Below are positions 37,563-46,561 of a stretch of DNA of 64,000 bases, in pieces (the stretch's first letter is position 1; each line of letters begins with the position of its first letter). The DNA comes from an uncultured Desulfospira sp. (GTDB lineage: Bacteria > Desulfobacterota > Desulfobacteria > Desulfobacterales > Desulfobacteraceae): positions 5,440,001-5,504,000 of the forward strand of contig OY760175.1 of assembly GCA_963663165.1 (NCBI GenBank), written 5' to 3'. A model generated the notes under the pieces. It had not been told where the DNA came from. It saw only the letters and a program-made list of their open reading frames with translations, and ran no database searches. The translations under genes and the position numbers were made by a program.

Positions 37563-39023
37563 TTATTTCCCCTTTATTTTCTGGATTTCAGTTGCCGCTT
37601 TAATCAGGAACAGCCGGGCGGATCCCATGGGCAGATCCCGATGAAGTTCCTGCATCTTATCTTCCAGAATATCCCAATGATTTCGCCAGCTTTTTTCGCT
37701 TTTTCCATGGCGTAAAAATCCTGTTTCCGGGGTAAACAAAGAATTCATAAGCCGTTCAAAATCCGGTTCCCGCTGGGCCCTCTCCCGTAAGGCACCCCAC
37801 TGGCTGGAAGTTATCCCCCTAAACCGTGTCCTGTGTTTTTTTAGAAAACTCGACACCTGGTTTATTATCCGGTAGTGATTGTCTATATCTTGTTTTTTGC
37901 TGTTCAGCCATTGGATGGTATTTTCATCAGATCGGTCCTGAGTTTTAACAGATACAGGTTCACGGTCAATCTCACGTTCCAATATTTTAAGGGTGGTATC
38001 TTCCTTTATATTTAAAAACCCGGGATTGATGATAACGGCGCCAAACCCTTCTGTTCTGAACAGACCAATTCCCTGACGGATTTGTTTCGACCAGACATTC
38101 AGGTCCAGATTCTGATCATAATCCCTGATCAGGATCACGCTTCCCTTGTCTATAAACACACGGTCCTGATCCCGCCCCCTTCGCTTGCCGTTCCAGGGGG
38201 CAAAACTGCGGTGGCGGATCTGGGATGCCGTCCAGTCAATTTGGCCTGAACTCAAACCAAAATCTGATACTTCGGGCTGAACCGTCCAGTTTCCCCGTGG
38301 ATCCAGGAAGGCGGCCGGACTCTCAAAATAGAGGATCAGCCGGTTGCCTTTCTCTTTTTCAAACGCGCCTGTCTCTGCTGAAAATGAAGGCATTTCCGTA
38401 ATTTCGACACTGCCGTATTGTGCTGTCTTTGACCTGCCGATATGCCGGTCACCAATAATTACTTGATGAATTTTTTCAAGAAGGCCATGATCCTGGCCTG
38501 ATATAGTAAATATCCACTGACTGCCCCGGTTCAAAGAATCATAGCCAAACATCTGTTCATCTTTTGATTTTCTCATATGCATGTCATAGGCAGACTTGAT
38601 TGAAAATTGATGGGGGCTGGATACTTTGAAAAAACAATCATGATCCTGGATAAAAAAACCGGTTCGGACCTGTTTGAGTTGAGGCCCCTTTTCTCTGAAA
38701 AGCTGCCGCTTTTCAGGTGAGATGGCATGATGAATATAGCATTCATCAAGTCTTTCCGAACCTTTGGGATAGTGCCAGGAATATGGCATTTTCAAGCTTC
38801 TTTTACCGTCCACAGCAAGATGGGCATCCCCGAATCTGATGTTCCCAGAGTGAAAAATTTCATAGGCTGTGTCACTGCCGAATTTGTCATAAGATCCGGC
38901 GGCAATTCCCATGAAATTGCTGCCTGGAATATAGTCCAGGGAAACGGAAGCCCCCTCAGTGGCAGTTTTGGCGCTGATGATTATGTCTGACAGAAGCCGG
39001 CATATATAATGTCTTTCAATCAT
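37563..39023 (-). CDS. Csx10/Cas5 fused to a Cas11-like C-terminal domain, module B
   Basis: YIPGSNFMG, IGRSKTAQYG and GIGLFRTEGFG, then a helical tail containing ITSSQWGALR. Confidence 0.75.
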   Translation of the reverse strand: MIERHYICRLLSDIIISAKTATEGASVSLDYIPGSNFMGIAAGSYDKFGSDTAYEIFHSGNIRFGDAHLAVDGKRSLKMPYSWHYPKGSERLDECYIHHAISPEKRQLFREKGPQLKQVRTGFFIQDHDCFFKVSSPHQFSIKSAYDMHMRKSKDEQMFGYDSLNRGSQWIFTISGQDHGLLEKIHQVIIGDRHIGRSKTAQYGSVEITEMPSFSAETGAFEKEKGNRLILYFESPAAFLDPRGNWTVQPEVSDFGLSSGQIDWTASQIRHRSFAPWNGKRRGRDQDRVFIDKGSVILIRDYDQNLDLNVWSKQIRQGIGLFRTEGFGAVIINPGFLNIKEDTTLKILEREIDREPVSVKTQDRSDENTIQWLNSKKQDIDNHYRIINQVSSFLKKHRTRFRGITSSQWGALRERAQREPDFERLMNSLFTPETGFLRHGKSEKSWRNHWDILEDKMQELHRDLPMGSARLFLIKAATEIQKIKGK

Positions 39024-39571
39024 TTTTCATCTCCTTGAATGGTAAATCTGCATCTGCCAAGGCCCCGGTTCCGGCCAAGCCCCATCCGCCTGGTAAAGGC
39101 AAGACAGTCCCTGATTTTATCCATATGCACATCCTTAACCCCTGAGATGCTGAAAAACAGGGATGCCGGGATAGTGGTTTGAATTTTTCTTAATGTTTTA
39201 TTCATGGCAACACCACTCTCATCAATGGCTGTGGATGATATTTTCCTGTATAAGAGGCTGGACATGTCATTTTCTTTAATGGCCTTTTTCAATTTTATGG
39301 TCATTTCCGCATTGGAAAAATGACAATCCCCCTGTCTTGTACCTTCTATGCCAAAGCAGGCGTCAATGAAATCAGTCCATTCCCGGCTGCCGGAAAACGC
39401 AGCCAGGGTTATGGCGCTGTCTTTGAGCAGTCCTTTCAGTGTCTTGCCTGGGATATAAGGGAAATGGTCCATATCTTTCAGCACAAGTGCGTCAAGATCT
39501 GTTCCCGCAGACATGCCGGATCCCGCATGCCAGTCTGAAAAAAAACTAATTTTGCATGTTATTGTCGTCAT
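39020..39571 (-). CDS. csm3: Cas7-group RAMP (Csm3-like), module B
   Basis: WHAGSG, PYIPGKTLKGLLK, TAID and MGLGRNRGLG; start ATG 39571 (GGAGGAG RBS). Confidence 0.87.
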   Translation of the reverse strand: MTTITCKISFFSDWHAGSGMSAGTDLDALVLKDMDHFPYIPGKTLKGLLKDSAITLAAFSGSREWTDFIDACFGIEGTRQGDCHFSNAEMTIKLKKAIKENDMSSLLYRKISSTAIDESGVAMNKTLRKIQTTIPASLFFSISGVKDVHMDKIRDCLAFTRRMGLGRNRGLGRCRFTIQGDEK

Positions 39572-40997
39572 GATCAATCTCCTCCAGGGAACAAATGGCC
39601 AGAACATCATGAAAAATAGTTCTGCCTTTTTTAAACGGGTTTTCAAGACCAAGCTTCATTACATAATTTTCAGAGGTTATTTCCCTGATCCGGGTCAGCA
39701 GAAAATCTGCGTTCCCGGGGTCGTCGTGAAGGGCGGACAGCCATTTGCGCAGCCCGGATTTGGGGGCACCTGGTTCTTTAATAAGCCTGACCTTGTCTTG
39801 CAGTTCTTTAATTGAAATCAATGTATCCGGTACATGGTCATCAATCCCATAGGGGCCGTACTGAAGGGAGTTATCTCCGGCGGTCAGTTCTCTTTTTGTG
39901 ATGGTGGCGTAATCATCTACAAAACTAGAATGTACTTTATGAAACATAAGGCTGGCTGCAACCTGATCCGAGCCTGATTGCCGGGATTTAAGCTTTGCAA
40001 AGGCGCATAACTGCTCCGCCATATCAACACCATAATGGAAAGGAAAGCTGTCCTTAATATAGGCTATGCCGGCACATGCTGTGATCCGGTTTTCCTTGCC
40101 GAAATGAAAGGCTGTCAGGTCCTGGAAATTTTTCAAAAATGATTGTGTGAAGTCCAATGCCAGGTCCGCCCTGCAGATAACAGTCAGGTCATCACCGCCA
40201 AGCACAACCGGTCGAATTTGATATTCTTCTCTATTGTTATTTTGGAAATCTCTTTCTATTACAGCATCAAATGCGGCCTGGGCAGCGCCTATCGTGGATA
40301 GATCCAGTTTTTCCGAAAATTCACTGAACTGTTTGACATTAAATTCATTCCGGGCACTATTCATTCGCTGGATGGTTCTTCCCAGACTGTTACCGTCGGC
40401 GTGGATCACCGCCACCCAGGAATTAACACCTGAAATGTCTTCCATATTTTTTGAAAAATTTTTCCCGGATTCTTTTGCAAGTTTTTGGACCAAGGTCGTC
40501 TGCTCTTTTTCAAATTTAAGTTTTGCCCTGGTGCTGTTATCAAGAAATTCCCGATCAAAATAGACAGCCGATTTACCGGTCCGGGGAGCCCTTGTTATTG
40601 CCAGTCCGGAAACATCCAACTGCGGAAATGCCCGATTCCTTTCTGATTTCAGTTTATCCTCAAGCACATTGATATGAGTACTGGATATCTGATCCCCGGC
40701 TTCGACCTGGGTAAGCTCCACCACCGCCTGGGATATGGTGATGCCCGGTGCTGTTTCCATAACGGTTTTAGGAAACAGGCGGACAAGCTTTTCCAATCCC
40801 TGCCGTTCCTTGGAAAACAGTTTGATATTTCCGGCAGCTTTTAAGAGGATCTCCACGTCATTATCAATGAATTTTTTAAAAAGCCGTGTGGAAATATATT
40901 CCACGATCTCGCTTGCACCAATGACCTCTCTGAGCCGGTCAGTTTCAAATATAAACCCCTGAATCCCCTGAACTGCCGCTCCGTATAAATATCCCAT
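39546..40997 (-). CDS. cas10: Cas10, compact HD-less with intact GGDD, module B
   Basis: VQGIQGFIF, HADGNSLG, VLGGDDLTVI and TACAGIA. Confidence 0.93.
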   Translation of the reverse strand: MGYLYGAAVQGIQGFIFETDRLREVIGASEIVEYISTRLFKKFIDNDVEILLKAAGNIKLFSKERQGLEKLVRLFPKTVMETAPGITISQAVVELTQVEAGDQISSTHINVLEDKLKSERNRAFPQLDVSGLAITRAPRTGKSAVYFDREFLDNSTRAKLKFEKEQTTLVQKLAKESGKNFSKNMEDISGVNSWVAVIHADGNSLGRTIQRMNSARNEFNVKQFSEFSEKLDLSTIGAAQAAFDAVIERDFQNNNREEYQIRPVVLGGDDLTVICRADLALDFTQSFLKNFQDLTAFHFGKENRITACAGIAYIKDSFPFHYGVDMAEQLCAFAKLKSRQSGSDQVAASLMFHKVHSSFVDDYATITKRELTAGDNSLQYGPYGIDDHVPDTLISIKELQDKVRLIKEPGAPKSGLRKWLSALHDDPGNADFLLTRIREITSENYVMKLGLENPFKKGRTIFHDVLAICSLEEIDHDDNNMQN

Positions 40998-41036
40998 GAT
41001 GTGCCCTCCTGTTCGGATTTAAAAATGAAAATTCAT

Positions 41037-42266
41037 TTATTCTTTATCCATTCGTTTGAGCCGTAATGTCTCAAGAAGCGTTTTTATATCAAGTATCTCC
41101 ATTATTTTTTCATTTTCCCTGTCTGCCTGCTCCGCAGATATCATTTTCACCTTGTTTTTCTTACCTTTTTGAATAAAAACCGAATGGGGCTGACCAGTAA
41201 CTGCCAAAAGTTTGCTTTTTAGCTCATTCAATTTAAACGGCTGCAGTCTTGCTTCTTTACCCTTGTCTCCATAAGCGGTCCAGAACGCTTCATCTTCCAG
41301 ATCTTCCTTCATGTATGGAATTATCAACCAGAACTGTCCGTATACACCGGTGGCTCTTTCCAAATTATATAATCGGGCGTCCTCATCCTTTTGTCCAAAT
41401 TGTCCTGTTTTAGCATCCAGAATAATCAATGTTCCAAAGTCAGTCACAAGGACTATGTCCCATTCGGCAATTTCGACTCCCCGGCCGTCCTTAACCCGAA
41501 CATTTGCCCAGGCTTCATTTACATGATGTGCTTCAGGGTTTTCTGCCAGTATCTTTACCACCTCAAACTGTACGACCCGCTCAAAATAGTCAGCAAATCC
41601 TTTTGGATATTTTTCAAGCAATGACGGTTTTTCGCCTTCATGGGTTAGACTCCATTCGATCAGTTTTTTTCTGCAGTTTTGATCCCAAAATTCGTTTACA
41701 TCAGCATACTCAGGAATTTCATGAGAAGGCTGCATCTGTGTAGTTCGTTTCCACAACAGGCAAGGGGTATTATTTTTTTGCTGATCTAAAGCGAATATTT
41801 TTAAGATCATCTCAATATTAACTGCCGTATTAAGGGAGACAGCCCGGCTCAACAAATTTGCTCCGTCACTTGTTATTTTAAAAATTTTTCTACTTTGGGG
41901 ATCTGCATAACAGGCCCAATCAGCCAATCCGCATCCTAACCTTTCATGAAATACCCTGAAAGAAGCCAACTGCTGCATTTTCTGACCACCTCCAATATTC
42001 CAGCAAACTGGACGGTCTGAATCAACAGCCCCCTTGATTTGCGGAAGCATTTCCTCCAGTTCTGTTCCCTCACCTATAGGGCAGACCAATACTTTTTTCC
42101 CCTGATCTTCCACAACCGTACGAATACCTTTCGACCATTCCTCCTTGGCTGCGAAGTTTGTCTCCAATAAAATCAGAAGGTCCATATCAAACTGTAAAAA
42201 CGGCAAAATATTAACTGTATTCTGCCTGGTGGAAATGCACACCATTGCTTTGGGTTCTTGTTCCAT
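41037..42266 (-). CDS. CARF plus PD-(D/E)xK nuclease effector, Card1/Can2 (DUF1887)-like
   Basis: CARF-like N-terminus (NIGGGQKM) and C-terminal EWDIVLV...IILDAKTG. Confidence 0.78.
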   Translation of the reverse strand: MEQEPKAMVCISTRQNTVNILPFLQFDMDLLILLETNFAAKEEWSKGIRTVVEDQGKKVLVCPIGEGTELEEMLPQIKGAVDSDRPVCWNIGGGQKMQQLASFRVFHERLGCGLADWACYADPQSRKIFKITSDGANLLSRAVSLNTAVNIEMILKIFALDQQKNNTPCLLWKRTTQMQPSHEIPEYADVNEFWDQNCRKKLIEWSLTHEGEKPSLLEKYPKGFADYFERVVQFEVVKILAENPEAHHVNEAWANVRVKDGRGVEIAEWDIVLVTDFGTLIILDAKTGQFGQKDEDARLYNLERATGVYGQFWLIIPYMKEDLEDEAFWTAYGDKGKEARLQPFKLNELKSKLLAVTGQPHSVFIQKGKKNKVKMISAEQADRENEKIMEILDIKTLLETLRLKRMDKE

Positions 42267-42377
42267 TCATCAGCCCCTATTGTTTCCCTTATTTCATGGG
42301 TTGTTTATACTCAAATATGTAAACCAACTCAGATAGTTTACCCTATAAAATCTATTTAACTTTTTGTTTTCATAGGT

Positions 42378-43313
42378 TTATATTGTCTCATCCACCTCAA
42401 TCATCCCTAGCCCGAAAAACGTATTCTTCCCCGCGTGGACGATCCGGGCCATGTCAAGAAAGGGCATGAAGGGGCCAAGGTTTCCCTGGTAGGAGATCCG
42501 GCCCACCAGGCCGCCCATGGCCATTTTTTTGTCCTGGCGGGCGGAGTAGCGCTGCCAGTCGAACCAGGACAGGCTATTGTCCGTTACCTTGATCTCGCCG
42601 GCTTTTCTGACCAGCTCCGGGTAATCCAGATCGGGCTCTCCATTGCCATAGGTGTTGAACAGGGCCGTACACCGCCGGACCAGGGAGCGAATCAGCAGGT
42701 CAAAGGGCAGGTCGGGGGGATTTGTGGGGTTCCCGTTTACCCTGAAAGGGGTTTTGATGTTAAGGGTGATCCGGTCCGTGTCCCGGTCCGGACAGCCGGA
42801 AAGGGTGAATTCCGGCAGGCAGGACGGCAGGGTGACGCGGCCGTCCTGTCTCGTGTAGACCGGCTCTCCTTCATGGGTGACGGATTCAAGAGTGAAACCG
42901 GCCCGCCGGCCCTGAACCTTTTTGCCCAGGCCGATCTTGCCCATCTGGTCAAAGGCGTAAATAAAATAGGGCAGGTTTTGGTTAAGGGCTCCGAAAAGAA
43001 CCAGGCCGCAGTTAAGAAATTCTCCGGATGCGAAATCGGTTTTCAGGGTTAAGGGCGGCTCTAAGACCATGGGGCAGGGTGGTGCCGATATCCGGCTGTT
43101 TTCAGGGGCCGGCAGGGCATGGGCGGTTTCAAAGACCAGGGCGTAGGTACAGCTGGACCTTAAAATGCACGAGGGGCACGCCTGGTTTTTAAGGGCGCAG
43201 ACGGTTCTCTTGAGTGCATGGCCGAAAAGGCCTCTGAAGGTGGAGCCTTTGTACCGGGGAAGGGACGCATCCCGGTTGAGCTTGATCTGAAAAGTGTAGT
43301 TTCCGTATTCCAT
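42378..43313 (-). CDS. cas6: Cas6 pre-crRNA endoribonuclease
   Basis: GSTFRGLFGHALK, CPSC..C Zn cluster and C-terminal HAGKNTFFGLG. Confidence 0.93.
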   Translation of the reverse strand: MEYGNYTFQIKLNRDASLPRYKGSTFRGLFGHALKRTVCALKNQACPSCILRSSCTYALVFETAHALPAPENSRISAPPCPMVLEPPLTLKTDFASGEFLNCGLVLFGALNQNLPYFIYAFDQMGKIGLGKKVQGRRAGFTLESVTHEGEPVYTRQDGRVTLPSCLPEFTLSGCPDRDTDRITLNIKTPFRVNGNPTNPPDLPFDLLIRSLVRRCTALFNTYGNGEPDLDYPELVRKAGEIKVTDNSLSWFDWQRYSARQDKKMAMGGLVGRISYQGNLGPFMPFLDMARIVHAGKNTFFGLGMIEVDETI

Positions 43314-43600
43314 AAGATAAGGTTCCCGTTCAAAAAGGGTTGTTGTCTCTTTTTTACTTATACGGAGTTCGACAGATTGGTTTTAAAAAAAAATTACAAT
43401 CCGGCTTGTACAAAACAAAACTGCTTGAAGCTGATAGGAAATTAAGAACAATTTTGTTTGTTCTGCTTAATCATCTTTTGCTTGGCGTGTCAACAATTTA
43501 TGGAAGCTTCGTAGCATACTTTTGCTATGTGAGAAGGCCTTAAATGAGCGAAGATGGGGCACTGCTGAACAGTTACAATCCGTTTTGATCAGCGTCAGGG

Positions 43601-44083
43601 TTACATATCCGGAACGGTTTTGGTCAGGCAGATCAGGTTGGTGAATGACCAGTTCTGGTCCTGGTAGAATTTAAGGGCAGGGGGGTTGTCTTTATCGGCC
43701 AGAAGCCAGATATGGAAAATTCCTTTTGCCCGGCACCAGGCATAGGCCCCCTGGATCAGCGCTTTGCCTATGCCGTTGCCCCGGCAGGATTCGTCCACCA
43801 CCAGGTCTTCGAGGATGGCACATTGCTTTGCCTTTGCCGTGGAAATCCGGGTCTGGACCGAACACATTCCTTTGACCTGGCCGTTGAGGCAGGCCACCTG
43901 GATGGTCCGGTTGCCGCTGTTTTGTTCAAGCATCATGGCCAGCCCTTTATGCTGGACGTTGGCGTCAAACACAAAATCCTTTTCAATGGAAAACAGCTGT
44001 CTGAGCAAATCGACCAGACAGGGAATATCAGCGGGGACGGCGGATCTTATCTCTATAGCGGCTGGGTTCATGGGGGGCCTCAA
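43601..44083 (-). CDS. GNAT acetyltransferase
   Basis: LVVDESCRGNGIGKALI and NPPALKFY. Confidence 0.88.
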   Translation of the reverse strand: MRPPMNPAAIEIRSAVPADIPCLVDLLRQLFSIEKDFVFDANVQHKGLAMMLEQNSGNRTIQVACLNGQVKGMCSVQTRISTAKAKQCAILEDLVVDESCRGNGIGKALIQGAYAWCRAKGIFHIWLLADKDNPPALKFYQDQNWSFTNLICLTKTVPDM

Positions 44084-44113
44084 CTTGTCAAAAAATGGTT
44101 CAATTCGGTTTAA

Positions 44114-44938
44114 TCAATCCAGGATGCCGTTAAGGATTTCAAACCGGTCAAAGGGGGGCATGACACAGGCCCCGGCAAAGTACTTTCTGGCAAGGGTCAG
44201 CATCTCTTTGGCCTGGGCCGTCCCGGCTGAAAGGGGGTCTTTGGCCTGGGCCATGGTGGCGCGAAGGGCATCAGGCACGGCAATTCCGGCCACCTTGTTG
44301 TGGAGAAATTCAGCATGGCGGGGCGACACAAGGGGCAGGATTCCCATGATCACGGGCAGGTTTAAAAACGCTGCGGCATCATGAATCTTTAAGGCCGTCT
44401 GTTCATCATACACCGGCTGGGTGACGATGAATTGGGCCCCGGCTTCGGCCTTTCGTTGCAAACGCTTTATTTCATTGGCCAGCCCGTCGATTTCAGGCCG
44501 ATAGTCCAGTACGGCCCCGGTGGAAAGACCGGCCTGTCTGGCCATGGTGATCAGTTCAAAGACATTGGCATCCAGCACCGTAACGGCCGGGTGATCGGAT
44601 TTTCGGGCAGACGGGTCTCCGGTAAGACAGATTACCGTGTCAATGCCAAGGGCTCTGGCCCCGTAAATCTCGCTTTGAAGGCCAAGGCGGTTATGGTCCC
44701 GGACGGTCAGGTGGAGGATGGCCGGTTTTCCGGTGGCTTCCCGGACCAGGCGGCAAAATGCCATGGCCGACATCCTGGGTTTGGCCACGGGATTGGAGGC
44801 AATGCTGAACCCATGAAAATCAAGGCCGGACACCGCGTTCATCTTTTCCAGAAGCCCTGACGGATCATGGTCTGCCGGCGGCACCGCCTCAATGGTTATG
44901 GTGAAATTATTTTTATCATCAAAGGGAAAAGGCATCAT
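44114..44938 (-). CDS. Methylenetetrahydrofolate reductase-family protein
   Basis: HLTVRDHNR, LTGDP, KAEAGAQFIVTQPVYD and GILP. Confidence 0.88.
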   Translation of the reverse strand: MMPFPFDDKNNFTITIEAVPPADHDPSGLLEKMNAVSGLDFHGFSIASNPVAKPRMSAMAFCRLVREATGKPAILHLTVRDHNRLGLQSEIYGARALGIDTVICLTGDPSARKSDHPAVTVLDANVFELITMARQAGLSTGAVLDYRPEIDGLANEIKRLQRKAEAGAQFIVTQPVYDEQTALKIHDAAAFLNLPVIMGILPLVSPRHAEFLHNKVAGIAVPDALRATMAQAKDPLSAGTAQAKEMLTLARKYFAGACVMPPFDRFEILNGILD

Positions 44939-45054
44939 TAACCTCCTGTTGTTTAGACGGTAGATTTTAGACTGTAGACTATAGACTTCAGACTTCAGAC
45001 TTCAGAAAAACGGCCGCAGAGCCGCCCCAAATCCCATATCCCAAGTCTCAAATT

Positions 45055-45762
45055 CTACATCCCCAGATACGCCTTTTTAACGGCCTCGTCAGCCAGAAGG
45101 GCGGCCCCGGAATCGGTCATGGTAATTTTTCCGGTTTCCATGACATAGCCCCGGTCCGCCACCTTAAGGGCCAGGTTGGCGTTTTGTTCCACCAGAAAGA
45201 TGGTGACCTTGTCCTCTTTATTGATTTTCCGAATGATATCAAAAATCTGCTGGACAATGATAGGGGCAAGCCCGAGAGAGGGTTCGTCTAAGAGCAGCAG
45301 TTTGGGGCGGCTCATGATGGCCCGGGAAATGGCCAGCATCTGCTGTTCCCCGCCGCTCAAGGTGCCGCCCTGCTGGCTGCGCCGTTCCGCCAGGATGGGA
45401 AACAGGTCAAACACGTGGTCCAGGTCGGATTTGATCCGGGCCTTGTCCTTTCGCAGAAAGGTGCCCATGTCCAGGTTTTCCATGACCGTGAGATAGGGGA
45501 AGATCCGTCGGCCTTCGGGGACCTGGCTGATGCCCAAAGCCGCAATTTTATTGGGGGGCAGGCCCGTGATATCCCGGCCCTGGAATTCAACTTTTCCCGA
45601 TGTGGGCGGCACAATGCCGCAGATGGTCATGAGGGTGGTGGATTTCCCGGCGCCGTTGGCCCCGATCAGGGTGATAATTTCCCCTTCCTGCACATGGATG
45701 TCGATCTGTTTTAAGGCCTGGATATTCCCGTAAAAGGTCTGAATGTTCGTAAGCTTAAGCAT
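45055..45762 (-). CDS. livF: Branched-chain amino acid ABC transporter ATPase
   Basis: GANGAGKST, LSGGEQQM and LLLDEPSLGL. Confidence 0.93.
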   Translation of the reverse strand: MLKLTNIQTFYGNIQALKQIDIHVQEGEIITLIGANGAGKSTTLMTICGIVPPTSGKVEFQGRDITGLPPNKIAALGISQVPEGRRIFPYLTVMENLDMGTFLRKDKARIKSDLDHVFDLFPILAERRSQQGGTLSGGEQQMLAISRAIMSRPKLLLLDEPSLGLAPIIVQQIFDIIRKINKEDKVTIFLVEQNANLALKVADRGYVMETGKITMTDSGAALLADEAVKKAYLGM

Positions 45763-46561
45763 CAATCTCTTCTCCCAGGTAAGCTTTGATGACCACCGGA
45801 TTGTTCCGGATGTCCTCGGGGCGGCCTTCTCCGATTTTTTTCCCGTAGTCCACCACAAAAATATTTTCAGACAGGCTCATGACCAGTTTCATGTCATGTT
45901 CGATTAAGAGGATGCTGATGCCTTCCTCGTTCCGGATTTTTAAGATCAGCTCATCGAGCTGCTGGGTTTCTTTGGGGTTCATGCCGGCGGCTGGTTCATC
46001 TAAAAGAAGCAAAAACGGGTCTGTGGCCAGGGCCCTGGCGATTTCAAGACGCCGCTGGGCCCCGTAGGGAAGGTTGAGGGCCAGTTCATCCACATATTGC
46101 TCAAGGCCGATTTTTTCCAGGATCTCGTAGCTTTTATCCACGATGAACTGTTCTTCTTTTCTGGTCCGGCTTCCCCTGAAAAGGGCGCCGAGAATGCCTT
46201 CCCGGGTTACCGGGTGGCAGCCGATCATGACATTTTCCAGCACGGTCATGGACGAGAACAGCCGGATGTTCTGAAAGGTTCTGGCAAGCCCTTTCCGGGT
46301 GACCAGGTTGGGTTTTAACCCGTTGATCCGCTGGACTGAGCCATCGGTGCCGTCGGGCCGGATCACCACGTCTCCTCTGGTGGGGGTGTAAATGCCGGTA
46401 ATGCAGTTGAAAAAGGTGGTTTTGCCGGCACCGTTGGGGCCGATGAGGGCCGCGATTTCCCCTTTGTTGATGGAAAGGTTCAGCTTGTCAATGGCCTTTA
46501 GCCCGCCAAAGCTCATGGTCAGGTTGCTGACTTCTAAAATCGGTTTTATGGGGTTAGTCAT
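45755..46561 (-). CDS. livG: Branched-chain amino acid ABC transporter ATPase
   Basis: GPNGAGKTT, LPYGAQRRLEIARA and DEPAAGMN. Confidence 0.93.
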   Translation of the reverse strand: MTNPIKPILEVSNLTMSFGGLKAIDKLNLSINKGEIAALIGPNGAGKTTFFNCITGIYTPTRGDVVIRPDGTDGSVQRINGLKPNLVTRKGLARTFQNIRLFSSMTVLENVMIGCHPVTREGILGALFRGSRTRKEEQFIVDKSYEILEKIGLEQYVDELALNLPYGAQRRLEIARALATDPFLLLLDEPAAGMNPKETQQLDELILKIRNEEGISILLIEHDMKLVMSLSENIFVVDYGKKIGEGRPEDIRNNPVVIKAYLGEEIDA

